DNA of 64,000 nucleotides from Mobula hypostoma (taxonomy: Eukaryota). The notes below the pieces were generated by a model. It saw nothing but the letters and a program-made list of their open reading frames with translations, did no database searches and was not told the origin of the DNA. Below, in pieces: positions 36,306 through 50,500 of this stretch (position 1 is its first letter; each line of letters starts with the position of its first letter). Where the stretch lies: contig NC_086108.1 in assembly GCF_963921235.1 (NCBI RefSeq), forward strand, positions 92,692,001 through 92,756,000. The letters run 5' to 3'. Position numbers and translations under genes: made by a program.

Positions 36306-39300
36306 TGAAACTCAAGTTTCAAAGGTACATTTAATGTCAGAGAAATATATAAAATATACATGCTGAGATGCTTTTTCTTCGCAACCATCCACGAAAACAG
36401 AGGAGTGCCCCAAAGAATGAATGACAGTTAAATGTTAGAACCCCAAAGTCGCCCCCAGCTCCACTCCCTCCTGCGTATAAGCGGCAGCAAGCAACAATCC
36501 CCCCCCCCCCACCGCCCCACACCGGCAAAAAAAAGCATAACTCCTGAATAAACCCTTCACCAATCAAGGCACAGCTCGATTCCACATAATCATTTCACTG
36601 TTCCTAAATTTATTATTGGGAAAATATTGGCCAAGACTCTGAGGAGAATTTCCTTCTCAGAAAAATAACGCAAAATAATTAGTTTTGTACAGCTGACTTA
36701 GTGGAGGCAAGGGAGTGTATCTCTGTAATACTGTTGTCAATTTTCTTTAGTGGCAGAGCGTGGTGCAAAGCTGGAGCCGAGCTGTCAAAGTAACATTTTG
36801 GGAAGCTCCCCGCCCTCTATATTGTGGATAATTCAGTGGTTGACATTTGCACTTGTTTCAATGCTTAACCCAGAATCAAAATATAAAGATGTTGTTTGTA
36901 GTTTTAGTTAAGCTAATTTGTTACGAACTTGATTGACCTTTTTATCAGATTTTATTTTTTGAAACTCTTCCGCATACAAAGGAAGGGTTTTTCCACTTTA
37001 GAAACAGTGAGCCTTTATTGGCATACATGCAGTTAAACTCTGGCTTGAAGTAAATTCCATCATGTCTATTAAATGCACATAGAATTGCTGAGTCTTCAAT
37101 GGGACTGTGCCAAAGCTTCAGCATTTTCAAAGAAATGCTGGTTGCAGGATTCTTCCTTAAGGAAGACAAAATGTTGATTGTGGGGGTGGGGTGGCTAAGA
37201 GGAGGGCGTGCTATTAAACATAAGCATTGGACCTGCACATCACTACAGACTGATTCAAGCTGCAGAAGGACGGTATAATATTGAAGAGTCAAATGGTGGT
37301 GTGATTTTTGTAGAGTGCAGACTTGATCCATCATGGTCTAACTAAAGATTAGCTTTATGTGTCCCGTGTACATTGAGACATCAAAGCATACAATGAAATG
37401 CTAAACACAATGTTCTGCGGATGTTGGGAGTGAAATGTCGTTTGCATAAACGACCGGCACAGTTTGGGGATTGTGCTGGAGTTGGCCTGCAAGTGTCACA
37501 ATGCTTCCCGCGTCGATGTAACGTGTGCACAACTCAGTAACCCTAACAGTACGGCTTTGGAAAATGGAAGGACACCCGAGCATCCAGAGGGAACTCGTGC
37601 AGCCACAGGGAGGCCGGGTAATCCTCACAGACATTGGCAGCAATTGAACCCCAGCTGGTGGTGGCTGGCATGGTAAAGTGATGCGTTCACTGCTGTTACT
37701 GTGGCTGTCCCATTCCCAGCTGTTGTCATTGTCTTGGGGACTGAAATGAGCTCCTCGACCCACAGAGTCTGATGATCATCATGAACCTTTTTACATAAGT
37801 CCTGTATGAGCCCTATTTCTCTCTCCAGCCATCCTCACTGCAAGTTCTCACTCACACACCTGGGCAGTTGACAGAGGCCAGTTACTCTACTAACCTGTAC
37901 ATCTGTAGGTTGTGGCCGGAATGGAAATGCCAGCTTGAAGTCCCCAAGGTCATGGGATGGACATGCAAACACCGCACAGTACTATGGATTAGGATTGAAC
38001 CAGGCTGCTGGAGGTGAGGCAGCAGCATTATTAGCTAGCCAGTGCTGCTCATTCTCGTGTGCTGAGCAATACCAAGTCATGAAATTGGTGGCACTGCTGG
38101 GGTGAGTGGTTGACGGTCTGTTATGCACACATTCAGATTTATTTATCGGGTGTACCTCAAACCCTACAGTGAAATGCGTCATTTGCATTAACAACCGACA
38201 CACTTGAGGTTGTGCTGGAGGCTGCCGCACATTCTGGCACCAATATAGCGTGCACACGTTGCTTGGCAGAACACAGCAAGCAACTCGACGGCAGCAAACC
38301 CAGGCCATTTCCTCGCTCCACTTAGCCATGCACATAGCCGGTCCTTTGAATCCAGGACTGACCTCCAGGTCTCTATTTTCCAGGCTTCGACTTCCTAATT
38401 TCCGATTGACCTTTGAACTTCATTCAATCACCAGACTAGCCGATGATGGGGCCTCAAACTCCAGGCTGCCGACTGACCAGCCCTTGTGCCTCCACAATCC
38501 AGTCCTGGAACCCACCAAACTGGGACAGCTCACAGATGTCCTTCGTCACCTGTCCTTGTTGCTGGCCTTCAAGCACAGAGCAGAGGCCTGACTCCTAACT
38601 CCCCCACATCTATGTCCCTAAACCCTAATCTGACCTCGATCTCCCCTCTCTGGTCCCCAAAACCATCCCTACACTAACTTAAAATAACAATTGTCTGAAC
38701 CACAATCTTGACAGAGATGACTTCTTGGTGCCATCTTGACCAGAAGAATTATATCAGGTTATTTAAGAGCATGTCAGAAATGCTGCTTTGAGTTCATGTG
38801 GCTTGTGTGGCTGTGTTATCTGTAGAAGCAGGGCTGATAGTATTTAATTTTTTATTTACTTGCTGGACCTTTGATCTGTTGGCATTCTTCTGATACAAAT
38901 TTCATCATAGTGGGGAGTCCACCGCACCCATGAGTGAACCCTGCATTCATTCCAGATAGAGTAACCACCTCTAATGGTCCCAGATGTATAATGTGACTTT
39001 TGGATAATGAGTTGAACTTTGGATACAGGAATTCTTCAGGCCTATGATTTCCTCAGCAGAACCTTGTTCTGATTTGAAGGTATGTGATGAAAGCATTCAG
39101 TGGCTTTTTCTGATTTTCTATCCACTGCAATACTTCCCACTCGGATTCTGCTCCTCTCTAAACTCCTGCCAGATCACATCCTGCTCCGTGATGGCTTGGG
39201 TGGGATTTACAGCCATTTGATCTCTACCATCCAAGCAGAAAGGTGACTGCCTAAGGACTGAATGCTGCCTTTTCACAGAAAGGGGAAAATGACAGTGGTT

Positions 39301-39890
39301 TTAACGGGCCTTTTGACAGCAGAATGGTCAAGAAGTTATTGACACCTGTGGAAAGAGTTTGTTTGCAGAACCACAGTACACAAAAAATTGGGGGGGGGGA
39401 GTGGATGGTAGGGGGTGGGGAAGTGGATGGTAGGGAGATGGAGTGAAAAGGTCAGAGTTTGCCGAGTAGCAACAAATAGGAAGGGAGCCATTTAATATCA
39501 TGAGCACAATATGTGATCTTATCATCCGACAATCTCACTGTTTAACATCATGGTGAATATATTGGATGGATTCTAATTTTTGAATAATTTAAAGACTATG
39601 CTTCCTTTACCTGTAAGCCTTTCAGCAGCACACTGTACTTGGCACAACAGAATTTGCTGTGGAGTTGTACGAGTTAACTTTGCCAGGTGATGAATCTTTG
39701 TTTCTTTTGTATGTTTGCTTATGAGAGAGGAAAGCATGGTTCAAGAGTTGTTATTTGCAAGGGACTAGAAACAAATATGAAGAGGGAGTCAATATTTTGG
39801 ATTATTGAGCAGTCCTTCAAAGAGAACATTCCACTCAGCAACATGCTTGTGCGTTTGATGGGGCACCATCAATGACTGGTGGGGTTATTA

Positions 39891-40248
39891 CAAGGGGTGA
39901 TTGGTAAGTTCGTGGCCTAAGGTAGAGGGAGTCAATGTTAGAAAACCTAGCACATTTATTTTTCAACATAGTCCCCTCCTACATTTACACACTTAGTCCA
40001 GCGGTCGTGGAGCATACGGATCCCTTCTTTGTAGAAGTCGGCGTCTTGGATCTCCAGAAAGTGGTCCACAGCAGGGGTGGACTACTTTCTGGAGATCCAA
40101 GTTCGTGGCCTACAATAGAATGAGATGAGTTACACAGCTCTCGTTACATGCACGTGCAGTTCAACTCTTTGAGTGATTATGCAAAAAGTGTGAAGTTAAT
40201 AACTCGTCTCCTTCTGCCTTAGGCCACGAACTTATCAATCACCTCACG
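39891..40248. mobile_element. Mariner-type MITE with TA TSD
   Basis: TA|caaggggtgattggtaagttcgtggcctaaggtaga ... tctgccttaggccacgaacttatcaatcacctcacg|TA. Confidence 0.88.
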
Positions 40249-41099
40249 TACTTTCATGAAAAAAGCTATTCCTAACTTACCATTCAGTGTGTAATTCACA
40301 GACAATATCTTGTTGCAAAAGGCCTAAGTGATTGGCTGCACAAATCATTAAATACTGTTAATCACAGCGGTAATTATTCAAGTCCCATGTTCTCAATTCT
40401 TGACTGTTCAGAGAGCTTTGTATGTTGAGAATGATGAACAGTTTGAACACTTGCTGTTTGTTGCACACAGAAGTCAGATGGCTCTCAAAAGGAAGCTGCC
40501 TGAGACGCTTTGATGTGCTCTTTGCAACTGATAAAATTCTTTGAAGACTCAAATGCTTTATTTAGTAATCAACTTGAGGATATTAGGCATGACTTTGCAA
40601 ATAATTCTGACAAATAAGTAAAGCTTAATGAAATCAATCTTCAATTGCAAGGAAATTATGTGAATCTTGTTAATGTCAAATCAGTCATCTCTTGGGCATT
40701 TCTGTCCAAGTTAACTGTATTTAAATGCAATATTGGCTGTCGCGACCTTTACCAATTTCTGAGCCACTCTTCAGTTGGACGAGGAAGGAAGGGTACGAGA
40801 TGATCTTCAGGTATACTGTGCCCATGTGGATGAGCTGAATAAAGATATGTTAGAGATTTCAGGATCTTCTCATGATCGAAATTCCAGATTGGGTAATAAA
40901 TTCATTCCTAAACACTTATAATGAGGAATTGACAGGAAAGATGGAGGAAGAACTGATCTCGCTACAAAGTGACTGAATTGAAGGTGGGGATCAAAAAGTC
41001 GTATCAAGATCTCTAGTTGCAGAAATAAATCTGAATGGTACCCTGCACTGTGGAAAAAGGTTAAGATGTTCTTTTCTACATCATATTGGGTGGAGCACA

Positions 41100-41224
41100 C
41101 ACAAAATGTTGGATGAAACGTCAACTGTACTTTTTTCCATGGATGCTGCCTGGCCTGCTGAGTTCCTTCAGCATTTTGTGTGTGTTGCTTGGATTTCCAG
41201 TATCTACAGATTTTCTCTTGTCTG
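41100..41224 (+). mobile_element. 125-bp Penelope terminal-repeat insertion with 19-bp TSD
   Basis: TCATATTGGGTGGAGCACA at 41081-41099 and 41225-41243. Confidence 0.9.
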
Positions 41225-42234
41225 TCATATTGGGTGGAGCACAGTTTCAATGCAATCTGTCAACTTTTCAAGAAACAGACTGAAAATTATTGAACATGGG
41301 AACCTGAGACTCCTTCAGCCTGATCTTGAGAAGCTGGTATCACTGCAGCAAGCCCATCCATTTCATTTAAAGGTTGAAAGAGCAATGAAGCAGTGAGTGG
41401 TTGGACTACTAGTGTACTGTATGCTCTAAAGTTGGTGAAATTTGTTTTAGCTGTAATTAAGAAATCATTTTATTCGTGGCTGAAATAGATTTGAATATTT
41501 TTTATGCAATTATTGTCACTGCTTTGAATCTGCACTTCCCATTTTCTTCCACTGTGCATTGTAAATCAAAATTTTTAAAATAGTTTTTAATAATGGCCAG
41601 AAAGGGAGAAGGTGGTGCTAGAGATGGGGGCCGTGAACCAAATGGGTGGTAACCCAAAAAAGTTAGGAAGCACTGGGCTAGATGATCATTTAGTGCAAGA
41701 GTTCCTGACTTGGAGTCCACAGACCTCTTGGTTAACGGTAGGGGTCCATGGCGCAAAAAAAAAGCTGGGAACCCCTGAGTTAGTGCCTTAAGCCTACGCA
41801 TGCTGTTTGCCTAATCCACATTCATGTCAGAAATTCCTCTTCTTAGACAAAGCAACTTCTTGCTTTGGTTTTGTGTGTTTTGTAATATCAGCTAACCTTG
41901 AATTTTTAAAAAAATTCTGCAGATCCAGATACAGATTTATTAACTAACTAAATAAATACATACCCATATAACATGAAACTTTGATCAACTGAATGAAGAG
42001 CTTTGTGGCTCCTCCTATAGACAAACTCCACCTTTCCTTTACTCTTTGGATTTTGGGCACTTCACAGTGTAGAAGATCAGAAGGATCCTGCAATTTCTTG
42101 TCAAATTTACTCCTGATGTCCATGACCTCTACGCTAGGAAGAATGAAGGCAGCAGCAAGTTCTCATGCAGAATACACGCTATCCTCACTTGGAAATGTAT
42201 TGGCATTTCTTCACATTGTTTATAAAAGCTTGGA

Positions 42235-42716
42235 AAAAAAAATTGTGGATACAGCCCAGTCCATCATGGATAAAGTTCTCCCCACCATTGAGCACATCTG
42301 TTTTGAGCATTGTCGCAGGAAAGCAGCATCCCCACCACCCAGATCATTGCTGCTGCCATCAGGAAGAAGGTCCAAGAGCCTCAGGACTCCACCACCAGCT
42401 TCAGGAACAATTATTACCCCTCAACCACCATCAGGCTCTTGAACCAAAGGGAATAACTTATTTGCCCCATCACTGAAATGACCCACAACCTTTTCAGATT
42501 CTTGTCTCCTACTCTCTATTTATTGTTTGTTTATTTATTACTGTTATTATCTGTAGTTGAACAGTTTGTTTTTTGCACAGTGGTTGAATGCCCGATTGGC
42601 GTGGTCTTTCATTGATGCTATTGTGGTTATTCTGTTATGAATTTATTGAGTATACCCACTCAGGGTTGTATATAATGACATGTATGTACTTTGATAATAA
42701 ATTTACTTTGAACTTT
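42235..42716 (+). mobile_element. Rex1/Babar-like 3' fragment (others at 44785-45050 +, 46890-47530 -, 47630-47810 - and 50790-50955 -)
   Basis: KIVDTAQSIMDKVLPTIEHI...LLPSGRRSKSLR, ending aataaatttactttgaacttt. Confidence 0.82.
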
Positions 42717-43819
42717 GGAATATCTTCAGATAGATTGCAGTAGTTCAAAAAGATTACCCCTGCTTTTGCCTTTGAGGACAATAAGGAGTGGGCAATAAAA
42801 TGCTTTATCTGCTTATATCATGTTCCCAACAAAAAAGGCGGACTAGTTTCAACTTGCCTGTGGTCTACTGCCTAAGTTATGGACTTGGGTTCGCTTTCAG
42901 TACAGGATGTTCAAATACCAGTCCTAAACTGAAGAACTTAATTTACGAACTGAATTTTTCTGTTGAAATACAAGAATGTGGCTATTTCTGCAGTGTTGGC
43001 CCACTTGTGGCTTGAATTTAATCAGCAACAAATAAATACACTTACAAACGAGAAAATCTGCAGATGCTAGAAATCCAAGCAGCACACACAAATGCTGGAG
43101 GAACTCGGCAGGCCAGGCACGTGTATGGAAAAGTACAGTTGACATTTCGGGCCCTTTGGCGTGAAGGAAATACATTTGTTACTTGCCTTGCAGTTTCACA
43201 TGTGTTTCAGTTCTGAGTCTGCTCATGAGAGTTGTTTTGTATGCCCTGTGGTCTTCAGTTTTCTGCTTGAATATATTAGAGGTTGTTGTCCAATTTACGG
43301 AATAAAGATGAATGCCTGTCAATTTTTTTTAATTGATTGAGATGTAGAGTGGAATAGGCCCTTCTGGCTCTTTGAGCCATGCTGCCTAGCAATCCCCGGA
43401 TTCAATCTTGGGACAATTTGCAATGACCAGTTAACCTACCAACTGGTACGTCTTTGGTCTGTGGGAGGAAACAGGAGCACCTGGAGGACAGCCATGCGGT
43501 CGTGGATAGAACGTACCAACTCTTTACAGGCAGTGGTGGTCTTGCATTTTTTATAAAATACTTTCTGGGTATAGTTGCTGCTGTCAAGCCAACCCAACCC
43601 AAGTATGTTCAAAAGTGAGTTGTACAGTCTTTTTCCAGTAAGAAACCAGTGGAAATATGATTTAGTAGGTTGGGGATATTGAGTGTCAAGAGCTTCCTTC
43701 AAATTTTGAAGAGAATAGTTTAAAAATTGGCAGTTTTCTATTCACACACAGACTGAATTTTAGAACTGGTTGAAGATTGGAAAATATAGCAAGAAAGTAC
43801 TTTTTGAGACTTCACAGTT

Positions 43820-44575
43820 AACCATATATAACCATATAACAATTACAGCACGGAAACAGGCCAACTCGGCCCTTCTAGTCTGTGCCGAACTCTTACTCTC
43901 ACCTAGTCCCACTGACCTGCACTCAGCCCATAACCCTCAATTCCTTTCCTGTCCATGTATCTATCCAATTTAACTTTGAACAACAACATCGAACCTGCCT
44001 CAACCACTTCTGCTGGAAGCTCCTTCCACACAGCTACCACTCTCTGAGTAAAGAAGTTCCCCCTCATGTTACCCCTAAACTTTTGCCCTTTAACTCTCAA
44101 CTCATGTCCTCTTGTTTGAATCTCCCCCATTCTTAATGGAAAAAGCCTATCCACGTCAACTCTATCAATCCCCCTCATAATTTTAAACACCTCTATTAAG
44201 TCCCCCCTCAACCTTCTATGCTCCAAAGAATAAAGACCTAACTTGTTCAACCTTTCTCTGTAACTTAGGAGATGAAACCCAGGCAACATTTTAGTAAATC
44301 TCAATTTTATTGACATCTTTCCTATAATTTGGAGACCAGAACTGTACACAGTACTCCAAATTTGGCCTTACCAATGCCCTGTACAATTTCAACATTACAT
44401 CCCAACTCCTATACTTAATGCTGTTATTAATAAAGGCCAGCAAACTAAAAGCTTTCTTCAGCACCCTATCCATATGAGATTCCACCTTCAGGGAACTATG
44501 CACAATTATTCCTAGATCCCTCTGTTCTACAGCATTCTTCAATGCCCTACCATTTACCATGTATGTCCTATTTGT
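43820..44575 (-). mobile_element. CR1 LINE 3' fragment
   Basis: VMLKLYRALVRPNLEYCVQFWSPNYRKD, LSYRERLNKLGLYSLEHRRLRGDLIEVFK; (TATATGGT)n-type tail. Confidence 0.92.
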
Positions 44576-47500
44576 ATGTGTATTCCCAGTTGCATTTGTA
44601 TGTGTTGAGAATTGTGGGTTAATAAGATATGTTTCTAATTGGCAATGGAGAAAAATCTTTTGGATTAAAGAGAAGAAACCTTGCATGCCTTTGACCTTCA
44701 AGGGCACTGATCTTATTTATGTGGTATGGGGACATCATTCGAAGATCAACATTTATTGTCTGACACTAAATGCCCTTCCTTTTGGATAAGTTCACTCACC
44801 CTAAAACTGAACTGATTCCACAACCTATGGACTTGCATTCAAGGATTCTACTACTTGTGTTCTCTTGCTTAATCATTATTTGTTTTACTTTCCTTTTTTA
44901 TATCTGCACAAGTTGTCTTTTGCATATAGGTTGTTTGTCCATTTGTGTATGTAGTTTTTCATCGATTCTATTGTGTTTCTTTGCATCTTCTGTGAATCCC
45001 CAGAAGAAAGTGAATCTCAAGGTGACATGTAATTTGAGCTTTGAACTTCATGTGAGCGGCTTGCTGGGGCACTTGGGAGGTGCTGTCGTATATAGATCAG
45101 GCTGCGTAAGGGTAATAGTTTAATCTCTTGAAATGACGGTACTGAATCAGTCAGATTTTAATGGTGATCCATTGTCTCAGTGGTTACAAGCCATAATGGA
45201 CAATATTAACATCTAATATAAACCTAGAATATATATTGGGTTTTAAATCCTATGGCTGCTACAATGGGATTTGAGCTGTGGTCTTTGAATTGTTCATCAA
45301 GGTGTTTAGGTTAATAATCTAGAAATTTAATGTTTTTAATGCAATTTGCAGTTTCTAAAATGACATTCCCATGGTTAACAATATTAGATTAGATTAGATT
45401 CAACTTTATTGTCATTGTGCCAAGTACAGATACAAAGCCAATGAAATGCATTTAGCATCTGACCAGAAATGCAAAGAATAGTTTATTTACAAAATCAGTG
45501 CAAATAAAAAATATACATTTGATAATGTTGCCTATTTTAAATATATTTTAGATACATGTCTAAACCCACAGCTCAAATCCTCAACAGATTTAACCTTGAA
45601 ATGCATCAATATGCCCATCTATTTGATGACACTGTATTCTTTCCAGAAAGAACTTCATTTGTTCATCATACTGGTTTACAGTTTGCTTTATTTGTGTGAG
45701 ATCTTAATCATCTGGTCAACTTGTATTAAGTCCTGAATATCTACTTCTATGCATCTTTCTTAAAGGACCCATTGTTTTTTGAGGTTATAGCTGACAATCT
45801 GCAAGTGCTATTTATCAGTTCAAGTGCTCTGTTTATCTTTCTATAATATAATTTGCCTGAGGGAATGCATCTTCCTCTTTATAAATGAGAAATGGATCTG
45901 TGGTAACTAACTACATATTTAAAAAAAATTCTGATATCAAATGCTTTAAAAAATATGCCTTGTTTCCCATAGGCACTAGATACACTGAAGAATAAAGTCT
46001 TGATTCATGGTTTGCTTAGAATATTAAAACTAAACTTTTTCATTTTAAAATTCCATGGCTTCAATGAACCTTTGAAAACATGCAGTTCAAGTGTGAATTG
46101 AAATGAACTTCAGCAGAATAGTCATAAGCACTTCAGATACCATTTGAGTTGCTGTGGAAGATGAGCAGTTGATGCTTTATGCTGACACTTTTCATCAAGA
46201 CCAATCCTGTTGAAAGGTCTTAGTCCAAAACGTCGACTGTTTATTCTCCTCCGTAGATGCTGCCTGACTTGCAGAGTTCTTCCAGCATTTTGTGTGTGTT
46301 GCACAATACCCAACTTGCTGCCATTTGTCTTTAAAATGGCTGAAATTTAGAAGTTCATTTTGGAAGGTAACGTTCTATCTGAAATGTTTGTGGAGTCTAG
46401 ACCAAATCATCCTTCCAGTTTGATGCTCCTGCTTCAGTAGTTTTTATAGTCTCTGAAAGAGAATTGTTGCATCAGCAGATTTCGCTGTGTTCTGCTTGCA
46501 GTGATCAGTGAATTTGGTGTGTAGTGGGTCTAATAGGATCTTTGTTCTTAATAAAGACAAACTTGGCATGGATAAAAATGCTAGCACATTTTATTTGGGA
46601 CACTCCAGCCTGACCTGGGCACGTGCGACCAGCTCACCAACATCATTTCCATTTCTGGGTGAACTGCCCTCTTTGCATACTGGGAAGTTCTTTATTATGC
46701 ACATGCATAATTACACAGGGTCATGTCTTGTTCGGAAATCTGGGCACAAAATTTCAGACTCCGGTGTTGCACTAAGGAAACTATACTGCTGGATGTTTTG
46801 TTAAATCTATTTCCGCTCCAAGTTGGTACAAGAAGTCTGATGGGGTGATTGAGCAGTAGAGGAGGGTGTTTCCCTGCAGCATTAATTTCCCATTTACTTA
46901 ATGATAATAAACAAGCGATTAATATCGAGACCATGAGATGAAGAGTTCTTGAAAGTGAGTCCAGAGGTTGTGGGAACAGTTCAGTAATGGGGCAATTGAA
47001 ATTGAGTGAGGTTATCCCCACTGGTTCAAGAGCCTGATGGTTGAGGGATAATAACTGTTCCTGAACCTGGTGATGTGGGGCCTGAGGCTCTTGTACCACC
47101 TTCCTGATGGCAGCAGCGACAAGGGAGTCTGACCTGGGTGGTGGGGATCCTTGATAGATACTGCTTTCCTGCAGCAGTGCTCCATGTAGATGTGCTGAGT
47201 GGTTGGGTAGGCTTTACCCATGATGGACTGAGCCGTATCCACGACTTTTTGTACCATTTTCTGGTCAAAGGCATTGGTGTTTCCATACCAGGCTGTGATG
47301 TAACCAGCTAATATGCTCTCCACTCCACATATATAGAAGCCTGTCAAAGTTTTAGACGTCATACTGAATTTCCACGAGCTTTTAAGGAAGTAGAGGCACT
47401 GCTGTTTGTTCTTCATAATTACGTTTAGGTGCTGGGCTCAGGACAGATCCTCCGAAATGATGACAGCGAGTACTTAAAGTTGCTGATCCTCTCTACCCCC

Positions 47501-50500
47501 CTGAATGAGGGCTCGTGGACCTCCAGAGGTTCCTCATCCTGAACTCAATGTCAGCAAAACCAGGGAGATTACTAGAGAATAAAGAATTCGTAGCACCCCC
47601 AGCCAGATTTACAATTCTGAATTATGACAAGAAATACACAAACAAACAAGTAAATAAGTAGTGCAAAAATAATGAGGTGGTGTTCATGGGTTCATTGTCT
47701 ATTCAGAAATCTGATGGCGGAGGGGAAGAAGCTGTCCCTGAAATGTTGAGTGTGGTTTTCATGTTCCTGTACTTCATCCCCGATGGTAGTAATGAGAAGA
47801 GGATATGTGAAAGAAACTCACGTGGGAGGCGCTGGTTACTGCCTGCATGTGGATTGAGGCCATGGTCCAGATGTTGTTATTTCACGTGTGATGATGCTTG
47901 AATGGAACTGGAAAAGGACAGGCTGATTTTAAGGTGTATTGAAGGATCAGCAAAATACGTTCAGAAGACAGGAATAGAATGGTAAGGGGAAAAGGGAGAA
48001 GAAGTGAAAAGAACTTGGGAGAACTGCTACATGAGTAGTATTAACATGCAGTTCTGGGGTGTTCTGAGAGGAGGCTAGATACTTGTGTACAAGTACAAAG
48101 GTCCGTAGCCAGCCTTGTATATTAAGCAAGTGTCCAGTGACCTGGGAGTTATTGGGAATTGCAAGACTGGAGCTTTTAACTATCAATCATTCAGCACAGA
48201 AACGTGCCTTTTGGCCCACTGAACTTTGAACTTTGGCCTGGTGATCATCAAGTACCCATTTACTCTTAATCCCACTTCATCTTCCCCATGTTCCCATCAA
48301 TCTGCCCTTGATACAACTACTCATCTATGTGCCAGAAATCATTTACAGCAGTCATTCAGAAGTAGCGTGCATGGTTGCATAGTGGCTACTGTAACACTTT
48401 ACAGTGGTGGTGATCGGGGCTCGATTCCTGATACTGTCTGTAAGAAGAGGTTTGTACGTTTTCCCTGTGAGTATCTGGGTTTCTTCCGGTGTTCCAGTTT
48501 CCTCCCACATTCCAAAGATGTAAGTTGTGGGCAAGCTAAGAGGGCAACACGGTCCCAGCACCTGCCTGGACTGTGTTGGTTGTTGATGCAAACGATGCAC
48601 TTCACTGTATGTTTTGGTGTGTGTGTGTGTGTGTGACAAGTAAAACTTTTCTCTCGAATCTGTATCAAACTCAGTGTTTTAAGGATGTGAGAGGAGACTG
48701 ATCTGAAACGCCAGGGGAAGCCCGTGAAGTCACAGGAAGACTTTGCAAGCTCTGCAGAGAGCAGTGGGGGCCCAGGATTGAACCCAAGGTGCTGGAGCTG
48801 TAATGCAGCAGTGCTACTAGTGGTGGCATTGGTGTACCAGTCCAATATTATCGGGGACCAATTGATGTAAAGAGTATAAAGGAATTGTGGTTTGAAAATG
48901 AACCTTGCAACTGCAAATCGAGACTTGTCTTTAACAGTGAAGTTCCAGTCTGTGTGGTGAATTGATTCCAGTCAATTACTCATTGCTTAAGTGTCTAAGC
49001 ATTCGCTATTGATGTCTAGTTTAAAGCTCCACCTTGACAATGGGAACATTGGCATATTCCTTCAGCTACTTAAAGCTCGTGAGATTTTTTTTTCCCCCTT
49101 TAATAATTCTGGTTTAGGAAGACAGCTGTTTAATCACTTTTCAACACAATCTGTCAAAAGACTTCTTTTGCTGTCTGTATAATAATCCTGCTATCAAAGG
49201 GAAATTTGGAGTGCTGGACTACTAGTCACCCATTGTCAACTGTTCTCTAGCAGCGTACAAAGATTTCCCCTTTTCAACAAACGTATGTAATTTAAAACTG
49301 TAAAATAAGATCACAAGAATTATGCTATTTGGCACATTGAGGCTGCTCCACCATTAAATCTGGCTGATTTATTATCCTCCTCAACCCCATTCTATTGCCT
49401 TCTTGCTGTAACCTCACAGCCTTTGACCAATTGAGGATAAGTTATTTGAAGATTGAGATGATAGAATGGGCAAAGAATATTACTGTATCGAGCAGCAGTG
49501 ATTCTGCGTGCCTCTGGCACTTGCATTAGTGAGATAAGGCACCTGGAGGAAACGTAACAATGCTGAACACTCAGACTCTTCTGAATCTACTGAGAATAGA
49601 GAAACTGATGGGAGTATCCCCTCCCAGACCAACATGGCACCACAGTAGTGTAGCAATTTATGGTAAATAGTATCAAGATGTGTATTATTTTCACGTTGTT
49701 GCTAAATAGTTTGCAGTTCATTATGATCTAGTCTTCTGCTTCCCTCTAAACCAAGGGTTCCCAACCTTTTTTTTTGACATAAACTAATACCATTAAGGAA
49801 GGGGTCCTTGGAATTCCTGCTCTAAACTCACATAGAAATTGCTCCTTTGTTAAAGTTCATATCAAGTTGCACAGTGCTCAGTGCTTATTAGTTTCACTGT
49901 GATTGTTTTTCACTGAAGACTATAAGTAGGCAAGTGTCTCTTGCTGGTGTGTAATACAGATTTGTCCTGACCAGCAGAGATTTGACATCATGCAAACTCT
50001 CCCATACATCTTTACAGCATTTTCCAAGCTGGTCGTAATAATGTTTCATGGTATTCATTAATGACAGCATGTTTTCCACCTTATGGCATGTTAGCAATTA
50101 TTCAATGAAGTGAAGCAATTGTAGCAAATGTCTGTTGAGTGAGGTGTTGTGGATTACAACAGAAAACAAATGTTCTGACTTGCCAAGAAATCAACTTGCA
50201 ATCATTTCTTGAGAAAAGCACTCTTGCGTAACCTGGGAACTGCGAGTATCTGGTTTTTACTCAATTCATTACGCGCATCCTTTTTTGAGTCCCTATGTTC
50301 TCATAGCTTTGCAATATTGAATGCATAAATGTTTATTTTAATAAGCTGGTCACTGATCTGTGTCCTCTTTACAGATGTTTTGCATTACATCAGCTAAAGT
50401 AAAATTAAAAGGCAGCTGGAAGCTAAGAGAAGAGAAGGTCTTCATACTAGATCTTGTTTGTTTAATGAATACTCAGGAATGTACGTATTGGTCTTGTTCA

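Larger units (their letters stand above)
39545..41677 (+). mobile_element. Decayed hAT (Charlie/Buster-type) transposase fossil with two nested insertions
   Basis: DGAPSMTG at 39857, CVIHRQYLVAK at about 40288, LHTEVRWLSKG at 40461-40493, C-terminal PDLEKLVSLQQAHP. Right end aaagttaggaagcactg. Confidence 0.88.

Noticed and set aside
44356..44365. Perfect CArG box CCAAATTTGG (also CCTATTTTGG at 3824-3833)
   Set aside because: Both lie inside LINE coding remnants and are probably incidental.
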